A stretch of 57,927 nucleotides of DNA from Dehalococcoidia bacterium. Its GTDB lineage: Bacteria; Chloroflexota; Dehalococcoidia; SZUA-161. Shown in pieces: positions 39,948-50,857 of the stretch. Location of the stretch: assembly GCA_014859215.1 (NCBI GenBank), contig JACUUS010000002.1, positions 1-57,927 of the forward strand, in the 5' to 3' direction. A program made the position numbers and the translations under genes. The notes beneath the pieces were generated by a model. It did no database searches, was not told the DNA's origin, and saw nothing but the letters and a program-made list of their open reading frames with translations. How positions within the stretch are numbered: position 1 is the first letter of the stretch; the number at the start of each line of letters is the position of its first letter.

Positions 39948-41939
39948 CTAAATGAGCCTGCCGATCCAATGGCCGTCACGGTTGGCCTCGGCCATGCTGT
40001 GGGGATTCCTGGCTTCGCCGATCTTGTAGAGCTCCTTGACCTTTCCCTGGAGTTCGGCGTACAGCTCATCATTGGGGATTTTGCCCGTGATAAGAACGAA
40101 GGTATCCGCCTCAACTTCTCTCGTTGCCATGGTATGGATATTGAGCACAGTGGCCGTATTACCGATTATCATGGCCAGGAAGGTTTGGGGACTCAGGACC
40201 ACGCCCTTGTTGAGCATTCGGGGTGTTACATGGAACCAGGTCATGTCCTTGATCTGGTCGATTCCACCGATGTTCGGAACGGGCGATACGAGCTCCACCT
40301 TGCATCCACGGTCCGCGAGCATCTCGGCTATTCCGGAAGCGGTGATGTCGCACCTACCGTCCCATATGAGGACCCTTTCACCTACCTTTGCCTTGCCGCT
40401 GACAACCTCATCTGCGGTGACAACGCAGTCCTGCTGCCAGCCTGGAACCTCCATGTGGCTCATACCTGTATAGCCGTTGCGCATCCAGGTGGCTCCGGTT
40501 GCCACAACTACAACATCCGGCTTCATATCGAGGACCATTTTCGCGGTCGCTTCTGTACCGGTAATGACTTTGACTCCCGCCTGGGGCAACTGGATTTTCT
40601 GCCACCTGACAAGACCGCCGGTTTCCTCCCTGCCCGGAAGCTTCTCAGCAAGCAGGCACTGTCCGCCGAGTTCGTCTGCTTTCTCTATCAGAGTTACGTC
40701 ATGCCCTTTCAAGGCAGTGACCCTGGCCGCTTCCATCCCGGCTGGTCCGCCACCCACAACGACTACCTTCTTCTTGGTAGGTGCGGGTTTGATGCTTCCT
40801 ATTCCCCAGCCCATATGCTCCATTCCTACGGTTGGGTTGACGACGCATCTTATGGGGGCTCCATCCATCATGTACTTGACGCAGTTCTGGTTGCATCCCT
40901 GGCAAGGGCGGATATCGTCCAGCCTTCCTTCGCGCGCCTTGTTGGGGAGCTCCGGGTCCGCGATCAGCGGCCTTGCCATGGCTATCATATCCGCCTTACC
41001 CTCGGCGAGTATATTCTCCGCGATCATGGGGTCGTTGATCCTGCCGACGGCGATTATAGGGATGTTCTTGACGGCCTCTTTCATCTGTTCCACCGCATAC
41101 ATTTGATAGGCGGGAGGAAGATAGAGAGGGCCGAAATACATGTGCATTGACTGGGTCTCTCTTCCCACGCCCGCAATGATGTAATCGAGCCTCCCGTCCT
41201 TATCAAGCATCTTCGCCAGCTCAACAGCTTCATCCGGGACAATGGAACCTGGCAGCATGTCATCCACCGTAATCGTATAACCCATGGCCATCTTGTCGCC
41301 GGCTACTTTCTTAATAACATCTATGGTCTCGAAGAGAAGGCGTGCCCGGTTCTCGAGGGAACCTCCATACTCGTCGGTTCGCTTGTTCATCGTACCGGAC
41401 ATGAAGTCGGCGATCACCCCCGAATGATTATGTATGTCAACTCCGTCGAAGCCCGCATCGAGCAGATTTTGAACGCAGATGCCATAGTATTCGAGGTGGA
41501 GTTTGATGTCTTCTTTTGTCATCGGCTCCCACATCTGGTCGGCGAAATTGGCATCAGGAACGAGACTGGGCCCGCGTTTGTTCCCAAGAGTTATCGAATA
41601 TAGCTGGAAACTGCATCTTGCTCCCAGCTCGTGGATGGCATCGGCAAGTCTCTTCATCGGAGGCACTATTTCTTTCTGCCAGGCCCAGAAATGCCTGTCG
41701 TAATGGCCGCCGTTATGCTTCATGAAGATCGGGTCACGGGGCTCAACGTATCCGACCGACATGGCAATCCACCCTGCCCCGCCCTTCGCCTTATCAAGTT
41801 CATAATGGATGAATTCATCAGTTGGGACGCCGCGATCACACATAAGGGGACTGTGGGGGGCGCTCATGATCCTGTTCTTTACGGTGAAGGGGCCAATCTT
41901 GATCGGGCTAAACAGGTACTGGAACTGCTGGGCGCTCAT
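39948..41939 (-). CDS. OYE-type FMN/[4Fe-4S]/FAD oxidoreductase (2-enoate or 2,4-dienoyl-CoA reductase family)
   Basis: Start trimmed to ATG 41939 (GGAGGTG RBS). OYE-like N-terminus FSPIKIGPFTVKNRIMSAPH. Cluster motif CQGCNQNCVKYMMDGAPIRC. FAD fold VVVVGGGPAGMEAA. Confidence 0.85.
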   Translation of the reverse strand: MSAQQFQYLFSPIKIGPFTVKNRIMSAPHSPLMCDRGVPTDEFIHYELDKAKGGAGWIAMSVGYVEPRDPIFMKHNGGHYDRHFWAWQKEIVPPMKRLADAIHELGARCSFQLYSITLGNKRGPSLVPDANFADQMWEPMTKEDIKLHLEYYGICVQNLLDAGFDGVDIHNHSGVIADFMSGTMNKRTDEYGGSLENRARLLFETIDVIKKVAGDKMAMGYTITVDDMLPGSIVPDEAVELAKMLDKDGRLDYIIAGVGRETQSMHMYFGPLYLPPAYQMYAVEQMKEAVKNIPIIAVGRINDPMIAENILAEGKADMIAMARPLIADPELPNKAREGRLDDIRPCQGCNQNCVKYMMDGAPIRCVVNPTVGMEHMGWGIGSIKPAPTKKKVVVVGGGPAGMEAARVTALKGHDVTLIEKADELGGQCLLAEKLPGREETGGLVRWQKIQLPQAGVKVITGTEATAKMVLDMKPDVVVVATGATWMRNGYTGMSHMEVPGWQQDCVVTADEVVSGKAKVGERVLIWDGRCDITASGIAEMLADRGCKVELVSPVPNIGGIDQIKDMTWFHVTPRMLNKGVVLSPQTFLAMIIGNTATVLNIHTMATREVEADTFVLITGKIPNDELYAELQGKVKELYKIGEARNPHSMAEANRDGHWIGRLI

Positions 41940-42068
41940 TACACCTCCTGAAGATTTGATGACGGGGCGCGATGTTCGTGTGGATAAGGGAAGTACGCGT
42001 GAGGGAAATATATACCCGCGCGAAATCTTTGTCAAGGGTTACGGGCGACGGTGGTTGCCGGGAGGGGA

Positions 42069-43373
42069 TTAGCGCAGTTCACTCTGCACTGCTTGGAGGG
42101 CGGCGAGCGCAGCGTTGACGGTAGCCCCGATGTCGGCTTCGGCATGTGCTGTTGAAAGGAACATCGCTTCAAACTGGGATGGAGGAAGGTATATTCCTTG
42201 GTGCAACATATGCCTGAAAAACGCGGAGAATCGCCGCGTATCGGAAACGATAGCTGACTCATAATCGTGTACAGGGCTCTCGGTGAAGAAGAGGGTCATG
42301 ATCGATCCCGCTCTATTGACCCGGACAGGCACCTCGTTCTTTGCTGCGGCCTGGCAAAGGCCTTCCTGCAGAGTAGCGGCGAATTTTTCAAGGTTCTCAT
42401 ATACGCCGGTTTCTGCCAGAGCCTGTAGCGTAGCGATACCGGCGGTCATGGCGATGGGATTTCCGGAAAGGGTGCCGGCCTGGTAAACAGGTCCGGATGG
42501 AGCGATCATGTCCATGATATCCTTGCGGCCCCCGTACGCGCCGACCGGCAGTCCGCCGCCGATAATCTTACCCAGGCAGGTGAGGTCAGGTGTTACTCGG
42601 TAAAGGGCCTGAGCGCCTCCGGGGGCGAGCCTGAAACCGGTGATGACCTCGTCGAAGACAAGGAGGGAGCCGTGACTTTCCGTCAGGGCGCGGAGAGACT
42701 CGAGGAATCCGGAATCGGGTGGAATTACCCCCATATTGGCGCACACCGGTTCGACGATGACTGCAGCTATACTATTCTTATTGGCATTGAAGATCCTGTC
42801 CACGGACCCGATGTCATTGTACCGGGCAGTCAGGGTATTGCGGGCATAAGACGATGGAACACCGGGGCTGTCAGGAAGTCCGATAGTAGCGACGCCTGAG
42901 CCTGCCTTTACCAGGAGGCCGTCGGAGTGGCCATGGTAGCAGCCGGCGAACTTGATAACCTTGTCTCTGCCGGTGAAAGCTCTGGCCAGGCGCAGTGAGC
43001 TCATGACGGCTTCCGTACCGGAATTCACAAACCGCAACTCTTCTATGGACGGCATGGCGTTGCGAATAAGCATGGCCAGGGTTGTTTCCTTCTCAGTGGG
43101 GGCGCCGAAGGTGGTGCCATATTCAAGAGCTTCCCTGAGGGCGTCCAGGACGCGTGGGTGGGCATGGCCGAGGATCAAGGGCCCCCAGGAGCATACATAA
43201 TCGATGAATTCATTGCCGTCCTCATCGCAGATCCTGGATCCGGAGGCCCTCTTTATGAACAGGGGATGACCTCCCACGGCCTTGAACGCTCTTACGGGGC
43301 TGTTGACCCCTCCCGGGAAGCAGCGCTCGGCCTCTTTGAATAGTTTCTCTGATCTTTGCCTTTTCATGCCCAT
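42069..43373 (-). CDS. hemL: glutamate-1-semialdehyde 2,1-aminomutase
   Basis: [11 protein letters not shown]-terminal motif and class III aminotransferase layout. 434 aa. Confidence 0.93.
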   Translation of the reverse strand: MGMKRQRSEKLFKEAERCFPGGVNSPVRAFKAVGGHPLFIKRASGSRICDEDGNEFIDYVCSWGPLILGHAHPRVLDALREALEYGTTFGAPTEKETTLAMLIRNAMPSIEELRFVNSGTEAVMSSLRLARAFTGRDKVIKFAGCYHGHSDGLLVKAGSGVATIGLPDSPGVPSSYARNTLTARYNDIGSVDRIFNANKNSIAAVIVEPVCANMGVIPPDSGFLESLRALTESHGSLLVFDEVITGFRLAPGGAQALYRVTPDLTCLGKIIGGGLPVGAYGGRKDIMDMIAPSGPVYQAGTLSGNPIAMTAGIATLQALAETGVYENLEKFAATLQEGLCQAAAKNEVPVRVNRAGSIMTLFFTESPVHDYESAIVSDTRRFSAFFRHMLHQGIYLPPSQFEAMFLSTAHAEADIGATVNAALAALQAVQSELR

Positions 43374-43386
43374 AAGCCCCTGATCT

Positions 43387-44376
43387 CTACGGTAACTGTC
43401 TCAGCCACTGCGCTGCTTCTTTGGCATAGTAAGTGATGATGAAATCCGCCCCTGCTCTCTTTATTGACAGGAGGACCTCGGTGGCGGCCCGCTTTTCGTC
43501 TATCCAGCCTGCCCTCGCGGCGGCCTTAAGCATCGAATATTCTCCGCTGACGCTGTAGGCAGCCAACGGGTGATCGTAAGTCTCGCGCACTTTCCTGATG
43601 ACGTCCAGGTATGAAAGGGCCGGTTTGACCATTACAATATCGGCCCCTTCCTCGATATCCAACTCGACCTCCCTGAGGGCTTCACGGATATTGGCGGGGT
43701 CCATCTGGTACTGGCTCCGGTTGCCGGATTTGGGCGCGGACTCAGCCGCTTCTCGGAAAGGTCCGTAGAAGGCCGAGCAGTATTTCGCGGCGTAGGCCAT
43801 TATTAGCCGATTCTGGAAGTCGCTCCGGTCGAGAGATCTGCGTATAGCGGCGACTCTACCGTCCATCATATCTGAGGGCGCCACGATATCGGCCCCAGCT
43901 TGCGTATGGCTGAGGGCGGTCCTCGCGATTAGTTCGACCGTTCTGTCGTTGTCCACGCAGCCGCTGTCATCCAGGATTCCGCAGTGCCCGTGGCTGGTGT
44001 ACTGGCAGAGGCAGACATCGGTGATCACTATCAGATCGGGAATTGCAGCCTTGATCGCGGCTACTGCCTGCTGGACAGTGCCTGCTGCGCTGTAGGCCTC
44101 GGAACCTGACTCGTCCTTGCTGGTGGGCAAACCGAAAAGCAGTATACCTGGTATGCCCAGAGCGGCTATTTCCTGGACTTCACGTACCAGGTAATCCACC
44201 GAGAGATGGCATATTCCGGGCATGGATGGAATCTCTTGCCTGATATGCTTTCCCGGCACCACAAAGAGGGGCTGGACAAGGTCGTCAACCAAAAGGGCCG
44301 TTTCGCGGACGAGTCTGCGCAGGGCTTCGGTGCGCCTGAGACATCTCATGCGCAGCTGAGGGAACACGGACATCAA
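43387..44376 (-). CDS. hemB: porphobilinogen synthase (Zn type)
   Basis: Cys-rich zinc site [14 protein letters not shown]. Active-site region VMVKPAL. Confidence 0.93.
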   Translation of the reverse strand: MMSVFPQLRMRCLRRTEALRRLVRETALLVDDLVQPLFVVPGKHIRQEIPSMPGICHLSVDYLVREVQEIAALGIPGILLFGLPTSKDESGSEAYSAAGTVQQAVAAIKAAIPDLIVITDVCLCQYTSHGHCGILDDSGCVDNDRTVELIARTALSHTQAGADIVAPSDMMDGRVAAIRRSLDRSDFQNRLIMAYAAKYCSAFYGPFREAAESAPKSGNRSQYQMDPANIREALREVELDIEEGADIVMVKPALSYLDVIRKVRETYDHPLAAYSVSGEYSMLKAAARAGWIDEKRAATEVLLSIKRAGADFIITYYAKEAAQWLRQLP

Positions 44377-45896
44377 AGACCTGCCTTATTGTAGTATTGC
44401 GCGATGGACGTAACCAGGCCGGGTATAGTGTAGTCCTTCGCCATCACAGCTACCTTGAGGCCATACCTGACTGCGGTATCCCGCGTAACCGGGCCGATAC
44501 AGGCTACGAGAGTCTGATTAGCCAGCGGCCAGTCTTCGCCCAGCAGGAGGACAAGATTCTTGACTGTTGAAGAGCTGGTAAAGGTGGTGATGTCAATCAA
44601 GCCGTCTTTCAACATTTGGAGGCCTCGAGAATCGGGTGCGGACGGAGGTACAGTCCGGTAGACAGCAAGTTCTCTCACTTGCGCTCCCGCGCGGCGGAGA
44701 CCTTCGGCGAGCAGGGGCCGCGCGTTTTGCGCACGAGGCAGCAGAATACGCTTTCCGCTGATTTCTCTATGCGCAAGTCCTTCCAGGATTTTCTCGGATA
44801 TATATTCTTCGGGTACGTAGTCAACGTGGAGACCATGATTCCGGCAGGCTTCTGCGGTGGCCGGGCCGATGGCGCAGATTTTGGGCGGTCTCGCTTGCCG
44901 AAGCTCAAGCCCTGCTTCACCCGACCAGGGAAGGAACGCTTCCACGCCGTTGACGCTGGTAAAAATGACCCAGTCATAGCGGTGGAATTCCCTGGCTTCC
45001 TTCAGGGTCTCGTCTGAAGGCCTTACAGGCTGGATCTCGATAACCGGGAGCTCTACAGACTCAGCTCCGTATTCGGAGAGCAGGCGGCTCAGCTTGCTCG
45101 CCTGGGACCTCGACCTTGTCACGAGCACGCGTTTGCCGAATAGTGGTTTTCTGTCGAACCAGCGCAGCTTCTCCCGCATTTTGACCACTTCGCCTACTAT
45201 GATGACTGCAGGCGGCGGGACATAGTGCGCAGAAGCCTGTTCCACGATATCTGCCAGAGTCCCTGCGACGGTCCGCTGGGCGGGACCGGTGCCGCTATGT
45301 ATTAATGCGATTGGTGTAGTTGGAGGGCGCCCGTTAGCCATCAACTGCTCGACGATGGCGGGAAGGTTTTCAATACCCATCAGGAAAATCAGGGTGTCGA
45401 CGCCGGTCGAGAGCTTATCCCAGGCAAGGCTGGATATCGGCTTGTTCGGGTCTTCGTGGCCGGTTATTATGGCGACAGATGAAGACAGGCCGCGGTGAGT
45501 AGCTGGAATACCGGCGTAGGCAGGCACGGCTAACGCCGCGGTCACTCCGGGCACAAACTCAAACTCGATGCCTTCAGCAGCCAGGGCCTCAGCCTCTTCG
45601 CCGCCGCGCCCCAGAACGAGGGGATCCCCGCCTTTCAGGCGGACCACTGTCTTGCCGGCTTTCGCCTTTTCAATGAGCAGGCTGTTTATCCGTTTCTGGC
45701 TCATAGTGTGCCTGGCGGACTCTTTGCCGGCATAGATTCTCTCGGCGTCTGAGCGAGATGCTTCAAGCAGTTTCTCGCTGACCAGCCGGTCATATATAAT
45801 TACGTCGGCCTCACGTACACATTCAAGACCCTTGACGGTTATGAGCTGAGGGTCGCCGGGACCCGCGCCCACAAGGTAGACTATTCCTTTAGCCAT
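44373..45896 (-). CDS. cobA-hemD: fused uroporphyrinogen-III C-methyltransferase / uroporphyrinogen-III synthase
   Basis: N-terminal SUMT region ([18 protein letters not shown]) plus a C-terminal HemD-like half of about 250 aa. Confidence 0.88.
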   Translation of the reverse strand: MAKGIVYLVGAGPGDPQLITVKGLECVREADVIIYDRLVSEKLLEASRSDAERIYAGKESARHTMSQKRINSLLIEKAKAGKTVVRLKGGDPLVLGRGGEEAEALAAEGIEFEFVPGVTAALAVPAYAGIPATHRGLSSSVAIITGHEDPNKPISSLAWDKLSTGVDTLIFLMGIENLPAIVEQLMANGRPPTTPIALIHSGTGPAQRTVAGTLADIVEQASAHYVPPPAVIIVGEVVKMREKLRWFDRKPLFGKRVLVTRSRSQASKLSRLLSEYGAESVELPVIEIQPVRPSDETLKEAREFHRYDWVIFTSVNGVEAFLPWSGEAGLELRQARPPKICAIGPATAEACRNHGLHVDYVPEEYISEKILEGLAHREISGKRILLPRAQNARPLLAEGLRRAGAQVRELAVYRTVPPSAPDSRGLQMLKDGLIDITTFTSSSTVKNLVLLLGEDWPLANQTLVACIGPVTRDTAVRYGLKVAVMAKDYTIPGLVTSIAQYYNKAGL

Positions 45897-45903
45897 TTAA
45901 TCA

Positions 45904-46818
45904 TCATCCATGGATAAGCTCTCGTGCCCCAAGACCAAGCAAGCTCTCTGCAAGAATGCGGCCAATTCTTTCAGCGTCCGGCGCCGGGCCTTCCCTGAAA
46001 TCGCGGAGCATGGTCGTGCCGTCGATGCTCGCTGCCATGCCTTTGATACGGAGGTTGCCGGCTTGTACAGTGGCGAAGGCCGCCACGGGGATGCGGCAGC
46101 CGGCGCCAAAGGTCCTGAGAAAGGCGCGTTCCGCGGTTATGCTCTGCCATAGCGGCTCTTCGTTAATTACTTCCAGGCAGGGGTTTAGATCGGTATCATA
46201 AGCCCTTGTCTCCACTGCAAGGGCGCCCTGTCCCGGGGCGGGGAGAAAATCCTGTATGGGCAGGTACTCGGTAATCCGGTCCTGCCAGCCGAGGCGGGCT
46301 AATGCGGCTGCTGCGATAATGATCCCGTCGAACTCCCCCGCATTGAGTTTCCTCAGGCGTGTATCCACGTTGCCCCTAACCGGGCTTATTGCTATATCGG
46401 GTCGACACTGTCTGAGCTGAGCGGCCCGTCGCAGGCTGCCTGTAGCGATACTCGCGCCGAGAGGCAACTGCGCCAACGGCAGGCCGGATGATGAGATGAA
46501 AGCGTCCCGAGCGTCCGTCCGCATGCATACGGCGGCGAGCTTGAAATCCATGTCCAGCTCGCTCGGCATATCTTTCAGACTGTGAATAGCCATGTCTATT
46601 TCGCCGGAAAGAAGGGCCGCCTCGAGTTCTTTGACGAACACTCCCTGGCCCCCAATCTCGTCAAGGACCGATTTGAGGTCACGGTCGCCTGTGGTCTTTA
46701 TGACTCTGACCTGGCACGCGATTTCCGGATAGAAGCTCTTGAGTCGGTCAAGCACGAGATCTGTCTGGCGGAGTGCCAGCTTGCTTCCGCGGGAGCCAAC
46801 TATAATCCTTGTCTTCAC
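45904..46818 (-). CDS. hemC: hydroxymethylbilane synthase
   Basis: IIVGSRGSKLALRQT N-terminus. 304 aa. Confidence 0.93.
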   Translation of the reverse strand: MKTRIIVGSRGSKLALRQTDLVLDRLKSFYPEIACQVRVIKTTGDRDLKSVLDEIGGQGVFVKELEAALLSGEIDMAIHSLKDMPSELDMDFKLAAVCMRTDARDAFISSSGLPLAQLPLGASIATGSLRRAAQLRQCRPDIAISPVRGNVDTRLRKLNAGEFDGIIIAAAALARLGWQDRITEYLPIQDFLPAPGQGALAVETRAYDTDLNPCLEVINEEPLWQSITAERAFLRTFGAGCRIPVAAFATVQAGNLRIKGMAASIDGTTMLRDFREGPAPDAERIGRILAESLLGLGARELIHG

Positions 46819-46827
46819 CTGCTGCGA

Positions 46828-48093
46828 TTATCCACCCTGTTTATCAAGTCCAAACATTTCACGGGCGATTCGAATATTGTCGCCGCTGCCGTCGCCGTCT
46901 TTGATGAAAGCTATAGGCTCATGGAGCAGCTTGCTCACGATAGAACGGGTCAGAGCATCGATAACGGCCCGCTCTTTTTCGGACAGGTCCAGCATGGCTA
47001 TACTCTTCTCGATTTGACTCAGCCGGATTTCTTCGGCCCTGTTCACGAGTTCCTTCACGGCAGGGACGGCCTGGAGAGCATGCCACCTTGACAGGAAACT
47101 GCGCACCTCTTCCTCAACGATGGCTTCCACGCGCTCTTTTTGCGTATGGCGAAACCGATGATTGGACTCGCAGATAGCCTCCAGATCATCTATATCATAC
47201 AGGAAAACGTTGCCAATTTTCCTGACGTCAGGATGGATGTCCCTCGGTACCGCGATATCGATAAGGACGAGAGGTCTATCGGGTCGGGCCTGCATCGCGT
47301 CGGCAACAAGAACGGGCTTGACAATGCAATCAGGCGCTCCGCTGGAGCTAATCACGATATCAGCTTCGGCTAGATGCCGGTCGAGCTCTTCGAAGGGGAC
47401 GGGATCGCAGCCGTACTTCGACGCCAGGGCAACCGCTTTCTCGTATGAGCGGCTGGTTATGGCGATGGCGGATACAGAATACTTGCTTGCCGCTTTGACC
47501 GCGAGCTTGCCTGCTTCACCAGCGCTTATGAAAAGGAGCTTGGATCGGGAAGTATCCGCAACGATGCCGGCTGCGAGGTCAATGGCCAGTGAGCTGACGG
47601 AAACGGGATTCCGGCTGATGCCTGTTTTCATTCTTGCTCGGCGCCCGACGCGCACAGCCTGGCGAAACAGGCTCAAGAGAGGCAGACTTGCACCTCCACA
47701 TGCTTCGACCTCCTGCAAGGCTGACCTGACCTGACCCAGAACTTCGAACTCACCGATTACCATCGATTCCACGCCGGAAGATATCCTGAAGAGATGTCTT
47801 ACAGCTTCTTCCTGATGGAGAATATACAGGTGCGGAAGAAGTTCTGAAGGAAGCATATTGCCCAGCTGGCACAGGAAGCCCTTCAGTTCCTCTACCTGTG
47901 CGCCTCCATCCCCGATTAGTGAGTACACCTCTGTGCGGTTGCAGGTGGAAAGTATCACACCCTCCGGGACGAAGTCCTTAAGGGCCATCAGGGCTTCCTT
48001 GAACTCCGAGCGGCCCACAGCCAGCCGTTCTCGTATGTGAAGAGGAGCCGTCTTATGGTCCAGACCTATTGCCAGGACGAGCATATTCTTCAC
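46828..48093 (-). CDS. hemA: glutamyl-tRNA reductase
   Basis: Catalytic STCNRTEVY motif. 421 aa. Confidence 0.93.
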   Translation of the reverse strand: MKNMLVLAIGLDHKTAPLHIRERLAVGRSEFKEALMALKDFVPEGVILSTCNRTEVYSLIGDGGAQVEELKGFLCQLGNMLPSELLPHLYILHQEEAVRHLFRISSGVESMVIGEFEVLGQVRSALQEVEACGGASLPLLSLFRQAVRVGRRARMKTGISRNPVSVSSLAIDLAAGIVADTSRSKLLFISAGEAGKLAVKAASKYSVSAIAITSRSYEKAVALASKYGCDPVPFEELDRHLAEADIVISSSGAPDCIVKPVLVADAMQARPDRPLVLIDIAVPRDIHPDVRKIGNVFLYDIDDLEAICESNHRFRHTQKERVEAIVEEEVRSFLSRWHALQAVPAVKELVNRAEEIRLSQIEKSIAMLDLSEKERAVIDALTRSIVSKLLHEPIAFIKDGDGSGDNIRIAREMFGLDKQGG

Positions 48094-48752
48094 TTTGCAG
48101 ACTTGCCTTCCCGGTATTGTATCAGGTCGGATAGAAGCCGCTGCCGGGCACTCTCAAAATCACCAGTTCGAAGCATGTTCAGCAACAGATTGATATCAAG
48201 CATATCCTGCCATCGATCGGCTGGGACATCGATGTTGCGGTCCTTAAGTTCCTTGCGAACTTCTGAGACTAGCGCGGCGAGGCTGGAGTAGCCGGGGCCG
48301 AGAAACTCCTCCAGTTTGGTGCGGAGCTTGCGGGCCAGAGCAGGACTTGTTCCGCCTGTTGAAATGGCAACAGTGATATCTCCGCGCCGTACAATTGCAG
48401 GGACTATGAACTGGCAGTCGTCCGGGGAGTCAACCACGTTTGTAAGAACCCCGCATTCGTGTCCTTCACAAGCCACGTTCTTATTCACTGAGGAATCATC
48501 TGTGGCGGCAATGGCCAGAATGGCGCCTGAAAGATCCCCGTCCCGGTAGTCTCTCGACCGCACCTGTATCTTACCTTCGGCGGCCAATTTAGCCAGACCG
48601 GGGGATAAGGAGGAACTGATAACTGTGACGGAAGCCCCATGGTCGATAAGCGATGTCACTTTTCGCTCAGCGACTTCTCCCCCACCGACCACGACACACT
48701 TCCTGTCCTGAAGGTTGAGAAACAGCGGGTAGTAAGGCGATATTCGATTCAA
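48090..48752 (-). CDS. sirC: precorrin-2 dehydrogenase (CysG N-terminal/Met8/SirC type); may also be the sirohydrochlorin ferrochelatase
   Basis: CVVVGGGEVAERK Rossmann fold. 220 aa. Overlaps the hemA start by 4 nt. Confidence 0.8.
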   Translation of the reverse strand: MNRISPYYPLFLNLQDRKCVVVGGGEVAERKVTSLIDHGASVTVISSSLSPGLAKLAAEGKIQVRSRDYRDGDLSGAILAIAATDDSSVNKNVACEGHECGVLTNVVDSPDDCQFIVPAIVRRGDITVAISTGGTSPALARKLRTKLEEFLGPGYSSLAALVSEVRKELKDRNIDVPADRWQDMLDINLLLNMLRTGDFESARQRLLSDLIQYREGKSAK

Positions 48753-48755
48753 GGC

Positions 48756-49769
48756 TCAGTCAATGTCCGCGAAATAGCGGATCCTTTCTTTCTTATACTC
48801 TCTGGTTGTCAGTAACAACTGGTAATTGAGAATAGTCGTATCGAGAGACAGCTGCCTGGCTGTTGCGTGGCATTCATTCCGATGACGGCAGTGGATCATG
48901 GCGTATAGATTGTACGGCCATCCCACATCGGTTCGCCTTTCGTAGCAATGGCTTATGGACGAATATGAAGCCATCTTCATACCGGCGTGCTGCACGAGGT
49001 GATCGGGTGCGGCCCAGCAGGAGAGAACGTTTACCGGGAAGCCAGCCTCTCTATGGCCCAGTAATGCCCCCAGGCGTCTCAGGATGTCTGATGATTGCAG
49101 CGATCTTATGCACCCCAACAATTCGTCCGGGGTAGTCGCGGCCTTCTGGGCGAGATGGTCGAAAGGCCTGGCCGTAACCGGCAGGTCGTCGGTAAGCATT
49201 CTCACAAGCCTCTTCTCAAAATGAGAGAGGGGACGAACTTCGGCAGCCTCATCTATTCTTTCACTGACAGCCTCGAATTCCTTACTGGTATCTTCCTTGC
49301 CTGTCAGGTCAAAGTATACCCGGATTTTGAAAACCCTGACAGCGGGCAGATTCATAACGTCTTCAGCTTCTACCTGGTCAGTCAGGAGGTTGATCACGTC
49401 TATGATATCCTCTGCCGGGGAAACAGTGAGGGTAAACCAGAGGTTGAAATAATGTGTCCGGCCGTAGTTATGGCTGACACCGGGGTGCCGGTTGATGATT
49501 TCCGCCGCCTCATCTATCCTTTCACCGGGCAGATGAATAGCAACGAGCGTACTCTGGTATCCGAGCTTCCTGGAATCGAAAACCCCGCTTATCCATTTTA
49601 TCAGCCCCATTCCCTTCAGGCGTAAGACCCTTTCAATAGCTTCTTGCCCGCTGATGTTGACCCTCCTGCCAAGATCGGCATAAGGTTCGGGCACGAGCGG
49701 AAGAGAGGCCTGCAGGAGGTTCAGCAGCCTTCGGTCAATGTTGTCGATAGGAGCGGTGACAGTCGCCAT
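48756..49769 (-). CDS. ahbAB: siroheme decarboxylase, fused AhbA/AhbB (NirDL-like)
   Basis: Two tandem Lrp/AsnC-like halves, each beginning (D/K)RxLxxxLQ/TxxLP..xxPY/F. 337 aa. Confidence 0.8.
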   Translation of the reverse strand: MATVTAPIDNIDRRLLNLLQASLPLVPEPYADLGRRVNISGQEAIERVLRLKGMGLIKWISGVFDSRKLGYQSTLVAIHLPGERIDEAAEIINRHPGVSHNYGRTHYFNLWFTLTVSPAEDIIDVINLLTDQVEAEDVMNLPAVRVFKIRVYFDLTGKEDTSKEFEAVSERIDEAAEVRPLSHFEKRLVRMLTDDLPVTARPFDHLAQKAATTPDELLGCIRSLQSSDILRRLGALLGHREAGFPVNVLSCWAAPDHLVQHAGMKMASYSSISHCYERRTDVGWPYNLYAMIHCRHRNECHATARQLSLDTTILNYQLLLTTREYKKERIRYFADID

Positions 49770-50854
49770 CAGGCACTTCTCTTCGATTCGTCGGGCAGTC
49801 CGGCTGGTCTGTGGATGCAGTACGGCTCTTCACCGAGGTAGTCGCCTGTAGTCTCATAAGCCCGCGCCCGGCAGCCCCCACAGATGGCCTTGTATTCGCA
49901 AACGCCGCACTTTCCCTTTATCCTGGATATATCCCGCAGACGGTTGAACAGAGGTGAATTGCGCCAGACATCTGCGAAGTCCTGGGCCCTCAGGTTTCCT
50001 GCTTCGACATCCAGATAACCGCATCCCTGGACGCGCCCTGTGTGGGAAATGAAGCAGAACCCTGTTCCGGCAAGACAACCCCTTGTGAGTACGTTCATTT
50101 CGGGTTGGGAGGCTCTTCTCATGATCTTGTTGTCAGGATGGTTGCGCTGGGCCAGAATGCGCATGTAGTGCGGAACGTCCGTCGGCTTGAAGAATATGCG
50201 GCTTCCAAGCTCAATCTGCTTATCGAATATCCAGTTGAGTACACGTTCATATTCTATGGGTTCCAGTTCCTGCGGCGCCAGGTTCTTACCGCGCCCGGTG
50301 GGGACCAGCATGAAGGGATGGAATGCGACTGCTCGCAGTTCCAGGGCAAGAGCGAGCAAGTCCTCGAGATACGACACGTTTAACTTGGTCACGGTGCAGT
50401 TGAACTGAACGTCGATTCCGGCGTTGATTGCGTTCTTGGCCCCTTTTAGTGCCGCGTCATATGCCCCCGGCATTCCGCGGAATCTATCCTGGAGGTTCGC
50501 CGAAGGGAAATCCAGGCTTACCCCCACTCTTGAGATAGGGACTTCTTTGAGCCTGGCTGCCACACGTTTGGTGATTAGAGTGCCGTTAGTGCCGACTGCA
50601 ACCCGCAGGCCCTCTCGGGTAGCGTATTTAGCTATCTCGAAGAAGTCCCGGCGGAGCAGGGGCTCTCCACCCGTCAGGATGACTATCGGTCTCCCAACCT
50701 CAACAATATTGTCAATTACAGAAAAACACTCGCTTGTAGAGAACTCGCCAGGCGCATGCTCAGCAGTGGATGAAGCCCGGCAGTGAGCACAGAGGAGATT
50801 GCACGACCGGGTTATCTCCCAGGCAATCAGACGGAGATTTGGTGTTAAGGCCAA
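49769..50854 (-). CDS. ahbD: radical SAM/SPASM protein, AhbD-like (haem synthase candidate)
   Basis: TRSCNLLCAHC cluster motif and C-terminal Cys motif CGVCEYKAICGGCRARAY. The AhbD versus AhbC assignment is tentative. Confidence 0.6.
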   Translation of the reverse strand: MALTPNLRLIAWEITRSCNLLCAHCRASSTAEHAPGEFSTSECFSVIDNIVEVGRPIVILTGGEPLLRRDFFEIAKYATREGLRVAVGTNGTLITKRVAARLKEVPISRVGVSLDFPSANLQDRFRGMPGAYDAALKGAKNAINAGIDVQFNCTVTKLNVSYLEDLLALALELRAVAFHPFMLVPTGRGKNLAPQELEPIEYERVLNWIFDKQIELGSRIFFKPTDVPHYMRILAQRNHPDNKIMRRASQPEMNVLTRGCLAGTGFCFISHTGRVQGCGYLDVEAGNLRAQDFADVWRNSPLFNRLRDISRIKGKCGVCEYKAICGGCRARAYETTGDYLGEEPYCIHRPAGLPDESKRSA

Positions 50855-50857
50855 AGT

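Noticed and set aside
39969-41150. Long antisense ORFs in the track: 393 aa here, plus 3321..4262, 15434..16255, 33259..34092 and 51113..51907.
   Set aside because: Each lies fully inside, and opposite to, a gene with unambiguous family motifs. Their translations are Arg/Gly/Pro/His-rich low-information sequence, as expected for the reverse frame of moderately GC-rich coding DNA. None has an RBS or promoter context.
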